DNA of 24,000 bases from sequence record MW411578.1; one strand, 5' to 3'. The notes beneath the pieces were generated by a model. The model had not been told where the DNA came from and did no database searches. It worked only from the letters and a program-made list of their open reading frames with translations. Made by a program: the position numbers and the translations under genes. Below, piece by piece: positions 17,850 through 24,000 of the stretch (the first letter of the stretch is position 1; each line of letters opens with the position of its first letter). The stretch comes from Salmonella phage SP_Thor.

Positions 17850-20116
17850 TGGCACTTAAAACTAAAATTATTGTACAGCAGATTCTGAACATAGATGACA
17901 CTACAACTACTGCTAGTAAATATCCTAAATACACAGTAGTTTTAGGTACTTCTATTAGTTCTATTACTGCTAGCGAACTAACAGCGGCTGTTGAGGCCTC
18001 TGCTGCTTCTGCTGCGGCAGCAAAAGATTCTGAAATTGCAGCAAAAGAATCTGAAATAAATGCTAAGGACTCTGAGAACCTATCTGCAAATTATGCTAAC
18101 TCTTCAGAAGCTTCTGCAACTCAATCTGCTACTTCTGCTACTGAAGCGGAGAGACAAGCTGGTTTATCTAAAGATAGTGCCGATGCCTCTGCTATTTCTG
18201 CTTCTCAATCTGCTGCGTCCGCTACTAAAGCTGCAGAATCATCAGCTGCAGCAAAAACTAGTGAAACTAACTCTCTAGAATCATCAGCTGCAGCAAAAAC
18301 TAGTGAGACTAATGCAAAAACTAGTGAGACTAACGCAAAAACTAGCGAGACTAATGCAGCAGCATATGCAGCAGCAGCAAAAACTAGCGAGACTAATGCT
18401 GCTGATTCCGCTGCCTCTGCTTCTGACTCCAAAGGATTCAGGGATGAAGCAGAAGCATTCGCTGCACAAGCCTCCACATCAGCATTAGCAGCAAAAAACT
18501 CAGAAACTAATACAAAGACTAGCGAAATTAACTCAAAAGCTAGTGAAGACGCTGCTAAGCTAGCTCAGCAAGGTGCATCAGATAGCGCGAACATAGCTAC
18601 GCAAGCTATGACCACAATACAGGGTCTTAAGTCCGATGTTGAACAGCTTAAAGCTGACACTCAGACCATTAAAGAAGGTGCGGCGACAGAGATTGGAGCA
18701 GCTAAGACGGAGGCAGTAGGAGCAATTGACACAGCTAAGGTAAACGCAATTGCTGAAATCACCCCGTTAAAACAAGCTGCGGAAGATGCTGCCACCTTAG
18801 CTGGACAAAAGGCAGTAACGGCTACAGAACAGGCTACAGCCGCGGCTGGAAGCGCTACAACCGCAGGAGAACAAGCCGTAGCAGCATCCAGTTCCGCAAC
18901 TCGAGCTGAGACCGCAGCAAACAAAGCTGAACAAACTTTGAGCATATCTTTGTTAAAGGATCAGAACCTTGCAGACTTAAGTGACAAGGTACAGGCTCGT
19001 ATAAACCTAAGTGTGGATCGTCTTAAACAGAGCGCTGATAGTTCCCGCATTTATGACCCGACAAACCGCTACAACTTAGTTGTAATGGATACAGGGTCTT
19101 GGGGTGTCTATGACGATACTAGTAATGTATTTAAACCTTTAGGAGTAGGACAGGGCGGCACGGGAGCTTGGGACGCAGAGGGCGCTCGCAACAACATCGG
19201 GGCGCTGTCCAAAAGTGGTGACACTGCGACCGCCATGATTGCTACTCAACATTCTTATCCTGCTGGCTCAACAGGTCAAATTTTGGGTTGGTCGTGGCGA
19301 TCAATTGTAGAAGGCTATGGTATCGGAATGGCGACTGCTGATTTTTACGTAAACCACACAGTAGGAAGCGTCACATATGCCTGCATTAAGCCTACTCGAG
19401 TGACCGGTGAAAGCTGGGAGTATCTTTTTAGCGACTTTGGCGAAATGTCTAATATTAGGAAACTGATTATTAGTCGTAACACAGGTGCGCCAGGAGAGGC
19501 GTCCGGTAGCATGGAGCTGAGTTATGGCGCGGGGCGGGTGACACAGTACGCCGCTCGTGTAGATTTTTACGATGGAACTGCACGATCTGTTTTAGATACC
19601 TACGATGATACTCGCTTAACAACTCTCTTACCCTCGGCAGGTGTCATTTGCCGTAGAGGTATTGGTGGTAATTACCAAGCAAATAGCTATTCTTTCTCGT
19701 GGGAAAATCCGGGAGTCGATGTATGGATTGATAGTACTCGTATTGGGCGAGTAACGCTGGATCCTACAAGCGACATTGATTATAAAGAACAGGTTGAGCC
19801 ATGGGACGGTAAGAGTGCGTTAAACAACATCAATCAGTTAGAGCTCGTGACGTTTATCTTCAAAGATGATATAAAGCGTCGGGTACGTCGTGGAATCATT
19901 GCACAGCAAGCGGCAACCATAGACCCTGAATACACACACTCAAGCGAGGATAAGGAGGGAAATACAATTCTTTCGCTTGATACTAACGTGCTGTTACTGG
20001 ATGCGCTTGCTGCTATCCAGGTGCTAAGCGCCCGTGTCAGTAAGTTAGAGTCTTTGTTAGAAGATAAACCAACCACTCTACCTGAAGACCCCGCTCCAAA
20101 TCAAGACCTTCCTTAA
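17849..20116 (+). CDS. Side tail fibre protein with T5 pb1-like N-terminus and C-terminal Peptidase_S74 intramolecular chaperone
   Basis: 755 aa; N-terminal anchor [44 protein letters not shown], Ala/Ser/Thr-rich coiled repeats, GVGQGGTGAWDAEGARNNIGAL motif, then PTSDIDYKEQVEPW...FIFKDD...RRGIIAQQA typical of S74. Confidence 0.9.
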   Translation: MALKTKIIVQQILNIDDTTTTASKYPKYTVVLGTSISSITASELTAAVEASAASAAAAKDSEIAAKESEINAKDSENLSANYANSSEASATQSATSATEAERQAGLSKDSADASAISASQSAASATKAAESSAAAKTSETNSLESSAAAKTSETNAKTSETNAKTSETNAAAYAAAAKTSETNAADSAASASDSKGFRDEAEAFAAQASTSALAAKNSETNTKTSEINSKASEDAAKLAQQGASDSANIATQAMTTIQGLKSDVEQLKADTQTIKEGAATEIGAAKTEAVGAIDTAKVNAIAEITPLKQAAEDAATLAGQKAVTATEQATAAAGSATTAGEQAVAASSSATRAETAANKAEQTLSISLLKDQNLADLSDKVQARINLSVDRLKQSADSSRIYDPTNRYNLVVMDTGSWGVYDDTSNVFKPLGVGQGGTGAWDAEGARNNIGALSKSGDTATAMIATQHSYPAGSTGQILGWSWRSIVEGYGIGMATADFYVNHTVGSVTYACIKPTRVTGESWEYLFSDFGEMSNIRKLIISRNTGAPGEASGSMELSYGAGRVTQYAARVDFYDGTARSVLDTYDDTRLTTLLPSAGVICRRGIGGNYQANSYSFSWENPGVDVWIDSTRIGRVTLDPTSDIDYKEQVEPWDGKSALNNINQLELVTFIFKDDIKRRVRRGIIAQQAATIDPEYTHSSEDKEGNTILSLDTNVLLLDALAAIQVLSARVSKLESLLEDKPTTLPEDPAPNQDLP
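18241..18400 (+). repeat. Short in-frame tandem-like repeats in the fibre shaft (GCAAAAACTAGYGARACTAAYGC units)
   Basis: Several near-identical copies encoding AAKTSETN / NAKTSETN. Confidence 0.85.
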
Positions 20117-20120
20117 TCCT

Positions 20121-20149
20121 AAAATACGCGGCTTCGGCTGCGTATTTTT
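20121..20149. terminator. Intrinsic, potentially bidirectional terminator after the tail fibre gene
   Basis: AAAATACGCGGC-TTCG-GCTGCGTATTTT: 12-bp stem with one G-U pair, UUCG loop, T tract. Confidence 0.9.
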
Positions 20150-20271
20150 ATCACTTTTAACTTTACAAAACTTTACATCAGATGCCAGGTAAACTTTTTG
20201 TTATGCACTATGCTTAACTCGTAATGTGCGTGTTACATGTGTTTAACAATCAACTCTCAGGAGTGTTTACT

Positions 20272-20595
20272 ATGTCTGACAGGACTCTTTTACCGACCAA
20301 CATGGGCGGGCTCGGTGGTGACGGTGTTATGCCTGGTATCGCTGCTTTTAGTGGTGCGCTGATTGATTCCTGGTTAGGTGCGGGTGGTCGTGGTGTTGGC
20401 GTTGGTGGTGTGGATGGCGCGGTTTCCGTTGCTGGTACTGCTGCAAACATGCTGACTACTTCACTGGTAATCGATATCGAATCCATTCAGAGCGGACTGA
20501 ACAATCTGGGCCTAACTGTTATACAGGGTCAGGGTGCAACCAATCTGGCAATCGCTAACACAGGCGCAATGAACCTGAACGCTATTACCCAATAG
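20272..20595 (+). CDS. Gly-rich hypothetical protein ending at an amber codon (possibly truncated or readthrough)
   Basis: SD CAGGAG 8-10 nt before ATG 20272; MSDRTLLPTNMGGLGGDGVMPGIAAFSGALIDSWLGAGGRG.... The same frame stays open after TAG (20593-20595) to TGA at 20773-20775. Confidence 0.65.
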   Translation: MSDRTLLPTNMGGLGGDGVMPGIAAFSGALIDSWLGAGGRGVGVGGVDGAVSVAGTAANMLTTSLVIDIESIQSGLNNLGLTVIQGQGATNLAIANTGAMNLNAITQ

Positions 20596-20946
20596 AATAC
20601 TCAAAACCTGTTGGCGTCTGTCCAGGGTTTTGTAGAGCTGAACACTGCGATCACCTCTAGCACTAGTACCATCGCTGGCGCGATCTCTGCTCAGTCATTT
20701 GATCAACAGCGTACAGCATTCCAGGAGCAACTTGTCACTGAAAAAATATTGCTGCGAAACAAGCCTGAATCTTGATTATCCTAGCAACGCAACGCGTGTC
20801 CTGCAATGTTAACAGTTCGCTGATTCTTAGGCTGTTCTTATGTACAATATGAAAACGCAAAATACAAGAGGTTCGTTTTGCCCCCTCTCAGTAAAAAGAT
20901 TAATAAACTAAAGGAATTAGTAAAACAACTCCTTACTAAATAAGAG

Positions 20947-20977
20947 AAAACCCCAGTGGATTATCCACTGGGGTTTT
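20947..20977. terminator. Bidirectional terminator between convergent gene blocks
   Basis: AAAACCCCAGTGGA-TTA-TCCACTGGGGTTTT: perfect 14-bp stem flanked by A and T tracts, positioned between + and - strand genes. Confidence 0.95.
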
Positions 20978-20979
20978 TA

Positions 20980-21251
20980 TTACTCTTTACTGCCTGTGAT
21001 AATACCTAAGTTATACACGGCAAGCATAGCCCTAAGGGTAGGATCTTGAGACCCAGAACACAGCTTAATAAACCCTTCTTCATCCCATTGCTCTATATTG
21101 CCAAACATATCCACTTTTAGTACTACTTTATTAAAGGTAGGGGTGCTACAATCACACCATAGAAACTCGGGTGTTGATTAGTATCAATCTCTATTTGATT
21201 AGGATCAACAAAATTACTTACTTCCTGAGCTTCCAAAGCCGCCTTCTCCAC
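20980..21251 (-). pseudogene. Small gene downstream of dut, apparently split by a frameshift
   Basis: Frame A (GTG at 21251 to TAG at 21123) encodes VEKAALEAQEVSNFVDPNQIEIDTNQHP...; frame B (open 21177 to TAA at 20980) encodes STPEFLWCDCSTPTFNKVVLKVDMFGNIEQWDEEGFIKLCSGSQDPTLRAMLAVYNLGIITGSKE. Confidence 0.45.
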
Positions 21252-21660
21252 GATCAGTCTTCTCTAGTTCGTCAACGATTTCAAAATGATGAGTTGAGTA
21301 GTGTGGTAGTACTACTAGCTGACAAAGTCTCTCGAAATTCTCCAGAGTTTGCATTTCAGAACCGTAGTTGTAAAGGTTCATCTTAATAGTACCACGGTAG
21401 TCTGAGTCGATCACTCCTGCGGTGTTTGCGATCATCAGTTTACGTTTACCTAAAGAGCTGCGAGGAACTACCAAACCAAACCAACCTCGCGGAATTTCCA
21501 CCGCGACACCGGTGTCGATCATAAGGGATTTGCCTGGTGCAATAGCACGTAAATCTGCCGCAAGGTTAGTACCAAAGAATGCACGCAGATCCATACCTGC
21601 GGCATCATCAGAACCAATCTTCGGCATGCAATCTGGATGAGTTAGTTTAATTTTAATCAT
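21214..21660 (-). CDS. dut: dUTP diphosphatase (T5-like)
   Basis: 148 aa with the dUTPase motifs AAGMDLRA, PRSSLGK, GVIDSDYRGTI, RLCQLVVLP and C-terminal RGEGGFGSSG. Confidence 0.98.
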   Translation of the reverse strand: MIKIKLTHPDCMPKIGSDDAAGMDLRAFFGTNLAADLRAIAPGKSLMIDTGVAVEIPRGWFGLVVPRSSLGKRKLMIANTAGVIDSDYRGTIKMNLYNYGSEMQTLENFERLCQLVVLPHYSTHHFEIVDELEKTDRGEGGFGSSGSK

Positions 21661-22532
21661 TGTCCTGCGATCTCCAAAATATCTTTCGTAAATTTATCTA
21701 ATACGTCTTGACCCACAGCAGCAATAGCATCTACACAATAGGTCGGTAAATCAACCAGAATCAAGTTTCGGAAAAGCAACTCCTCCGATGCGTTCAGATT
21801 CTGTATATACTTCTGTTTCCCAGGCAGAGGGAGTTGATCAATAATATCCAGAACATTACCAAATTCACGGATAATATTATAACCACGTTTTGCACCTATG
21901 CCTTCAACACCACGGATGTTATCACCAAGATCTCCCATAATTGCTTTCAGAGAGATAAACTGATCTACATCGTCAACGTTATGATGTTCATACATATCAC
22001 GAAGATGGTACTCACGACGTGTGGTGAAGGAGAAGCGAGAAACTCGATCAGTTAATAGAGTATCCCAGTCACCATCAGTAGAGATCAGCCAAACGTGATC
22101 ATATAAATGACCAATGAGCTTAACAATATAAGCTGCCATATCGTCTGCTTCTACACCACGAATAGTGAAAGTTGGGAATGTGGTTTCACATAACTCGAAA
22201 GCATCACGAAGATACTCGAAGAACTGTTCATCTAGTGCTTTCTCTTCTTCTGTACGTTGAGCATACTTTTCATCACGGTTGCCCTTATAATCAGGAAGGT
22301 GCTCTAAACGGAATACAGACTTTCCTTTATCACCAAGAACGATTGTAGTTCTAGCTGAGTAGGATTTTGCGAGAGATTGAATTGTAGAAACATAACTTGA
22401 AGCGAAGGGTTTCTTACTATTATTATGTTTGAAGCGGAAGCCTAAGTTAGTTCCATCAACAATCATTAGGTTGCGACGAGAAGCCAGCTCAGCTTCTTCC
22501 TCTTCAATAAATTTTCCCCAGGATTTACTCAT
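21657..22532 (-). CDS. D15: 5'-3' exonuclease / flap endonuclease (T5 D15-like)
   Basis: 291 aa; RRNLMIVDGTNLGFRF, GVEADDMAAYI, LISTDGDWDTLL, GDLGDNIRGVEGIGAKRG (H3TH); recognised as very close to T5 D15. Confidence 0.97.
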   Translation of the reverse strand: MSKSWGKFIEEEEAELASRRNLMIVDGTNLGFRFKHNNSKKPFASSYVSTIQSLAKSYSARTTIVLGDKGKSVFRLEHLPDYKGNRDEKYAQRTEEEKALDEQFFEYLRDAFELCETTFPTFTIRGVEADDMAAYIVKLIGHLYDHVWLISTDGDWDTLLTDRVSRFSFTTRREYHLRDMYEHHNVDDVDQFISLKAIMGDLGDNIRGVEGIGAKRGYNIIREFGNVLDIIDQLPLPGKQKYIQNLNASEELLFRNLILVDLPTYCVDAIAAVGQDVLDKFTKDILEIAGQ

Positions 22533-23014
22533 TATTTAATTAAGTCCTCAACAGATGCGTGATGTAACCACGGTTCGAATAACCCGATTACGATTTCCAT
22601 GTCTTTCTTATTTAACACCATATTGGTACGACTCATTAAGTTGTCGACCATAGGGTCTGAGCTATCCAAAGCAATTAACCACTGTCCTCTGTCTTTCTTG
22701 AATATTAAGGCTGGTTTGGAGTTCATCTGTTCACCTTCACGGGAACACTGCTGCCACCACTTCTCTAGAGTGGATTCACCAACGTTAAATAAATTACTTG
22801 ATATGTTATCATCTTTATACCACTTAACTTCGAAGCAGTATTTACTAATGTGTCCGCTTTGTGGTGGAAGGTAGATGTCACCCTTCAGTCCATGGCTCTG
22901 GCCAAAAGCACCAGAACCTGGAACACGTTCCCACTCAAGACCTGTACGTTCACGTAGTATATCTCTTACCTGATATTCACCACGTTTACCTTTCTCTCTA
23001 CTATCTACGGCCAT
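22532..23014 (-). CDS. D14: PD-(D/E)XK nuclease / Holliday junction resolvase-like (T5 D14-like)
   Basis: 160 aa; KGKRGEYQVRDIL, GLKGDIYLPP and YCFEVKWYK match the resolvase-like E...D...ExK core. Confidence 0.75.
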   Translation of the reverse strand: MAVDSREKGKRGEYQVRDILRERTGLEWERVPGSGAFGQSHGLKGDIYLPPQSGHISKYCFEVKWYKDDNISSNLFNVGESTLEKWWQQCSREGEQMNSKPALIFKKDRGQWLIALDSSDPMVDNLMSRTNMVLNKKDMEIVIGLFEPWLHHASVEDLIK

Positions 23015-23017
23015 GTT

Positions 23018-24000
23018 TTATTCTAAGTAGGAAAATCCTTCTGCATCTTTTTTGACAGTAATCTTATGGGCTAATGGATGCGTATGCCCATGAGAAACAA
23101 TGATAGAATTCAGACTATCTTCCTCATTTAATAATTCAACGAGAGTATCAAGTCCTTTCGTATCAATAAAGCTAATAACTTCGTCAAGGAACAGAAGATT
23201 AATATTAACTTTACTAATAGATGTTAACAGCATTCGAATAGCTAACAGAGTTGCTAGGTTAATTCTACTCTGCTGACCAGTAGAGCAGTTCTCCATACTG
23301 GTGCGGTTTCCATCATTGAAGATTACTACTTGTAATTTAGTTTCATCAAGTTCAAATCCAAGTGCGAACTTACCACCAGTCATAATAGAAAGATATTTAT
23401 TAATCAATTCCTCAAATACTTTCACACTATGCTCTAGTTTATATCCTACCAGATTTTTCAATGCAGCGATCAGAATATCAAGATCAGCAACAGCTTCTGA
23501 TACTCCATCCAGTTTGGACGTTATCTCAGACATTTCTGCCTCAGCTTTTTCAATCTGTTCTAGTTTCGCTTTATATTTTGCATTGGCTAATTCGACATTT
23601 GCATTATGCTCTTTGGCAATTGCAACTTTAGAACGGCCATCAGCGATTTCCTGTTCTAATTGTCGGATTTGCACCTGTAGGATCTGCACATTGAGTTCTT
23701 CAAAAGAAGCATTACTCATTGAATTTTTGAACTCGTCTCTAGCTGCTACTGCCTTATCTAAAGCATCTTTAGCTCTAGTATACCCAGTGTACTCGACTTG
23801 TTCTTTCTTCAACTGCTCTAGTGTATCTTCAAGAGATTGTTTCTCTTTAAACAGAGGATCATACTCTGTTCTAGCCATATCCATTGCTTTTTGAGCAGCA
23901 GTTGTATCAAGGTGAGTACCACAAGTAGGACATTCAGTATTTGAAGCCTCTTGCTTGAACTTCTGATAACGTTTCTTGACTTCTCCCGCACGTGAAGTAA
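23018..24000 (-). CDS. D13: SbcC/Rad50-like recombination exonuclease subunit (T5 D13-like), 5' end outside the window
   Basis: The 288 aa ORF track starts at an internal Met. The frame is open to the window edge and includes a zinc hook: TSRAGEVKKRYQKFKQEASNTECPTCGTHLDTTAAQKAMDMA. C-terminal signature STGQQSRINLATLLAIRMLL and Walker B NLLFLDEV. Confidence 0.93.
   Translation of the reverse strand, partial: TSRAGEVKKRYQKFKQEASNTECPTCGTHLDTTAAQKAMDMARTEYDPLFKEKQSLEDTLEQLKKEQVEYTGYTRAKDALDKAVAARDEFKNSMSNASFEELNVQILQVQIRQLEQEIADGRSKVAIAKEHNANVELANAKYKAKLEQIEKAEAEMSEITSKLDGVSEAVADLDILIAALKNLVGYKLEHSVKVFEELINKYLSIMTGGKFALGFELDETKLQVVIFNDGNRTSMENCSTGQQSRINLATLLAIRMLLTSISKVNINLLFLDEVISFIDTKGLDTLVELLNEEDSLNSIIVSHGHTHPLAHKITVKKDAEGFSYLE

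Noticed and set aside
18241-18400. Short direct repeats that could suggest a CRISPR-like or regulatory array
   Set aside because: Repeat units are contiguous, in frame, and encode AAKTSETN coiled-coil repeats in the fibre shaft; no unique spacers.
18205-18477. Antisense ORFs (e.g. 18205-18477, 18284-18469, 18661-18945)
   Set aside because: They are mirror products of low-complexity Ala/Ser/Thr codons in the fibre gene; no SD and biased composition.
19531-19555. GC-rich GGCGCGGGGCGGGTG resembling the T5 nick-site consensus (GCGCGGTG)
   Set aside because: Not an exact match and lies in a GC-rich coding stretch; no support for a functional nick site.
20170-20215. Possible promoter before the 20272 ORF (TTTACA or TTGTTA elements)
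   Set aside because: No -10 box with suitable spacing could be paired convincingly.
20593-20595. Amber stop as evidence for an alternative genetic code (TAG recoding)
   Set aside because: The other genes show only TAA/TGA stops, and absence of TAG in fewer than 20 genes is expected for a coliphage; no suppressor tRNA is visible in the window.
21171-21386. + strand ORFs at 21171-21386, 21422-21640, 21834-22055, 22599-22874 and 22861-23055
   Set aside because: All lie antisense to dut/D15/D14/D13, have no motifs, and look like chance frames.
23301-23894. 197 aa + strand ORF opposite D13
   Set aside because: Ser/Cys-rich mirror translation of a confidently coding SbcC-like gene.

Overview
The window reads as the late (structural) region of a T5-like siphophage plus the start of the adjacent replication/recombination block. 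On the + strand, in order: small and large terminase, Ig-like head decoration protein (pb10-like), prohead protease, head/tail completion proteins, tail terminator, tail tube protein with a C-terminal Big_2 domain, baseplate tube protein, two tape-measure chaperone ORFs, tape measure, Dit (pb9-like), hub (pb3-like), straight fibre (pb4-like), p132-like protein, and a side tail fibre with a C-terminal S74 intramolecular chaperone. After a perfect 14-bp hairpin the - strand carries dut, D15 flap endonuclease, a D14-like PD-(D/E)XK nuclease, and a D13 SbcC/Rad50-like subunit that runs off the right edge. I see no convincing new defence or mobile system. The points most worth a second look are: (1) no portal or major capsid gene where a T5-like head module should have them, with very clean junctions; (2) a probable +1 (or -2) frameshift fusion of the two tape-measure chaperone ORFs; (3) a GC-rich, apparently acquired fibre-tip cassette followed by a Gly-rich ORF interrupted by one in-frame amber, with a protein-like continuation; (4) an unlisted small - strand gene after dut that appears split by a frameshift; (5) a 23-bp perfect repeat joining an intrinsic terminator to the next start codon at two places. 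Family names come from recalled similarity and motifs; no searches were run.
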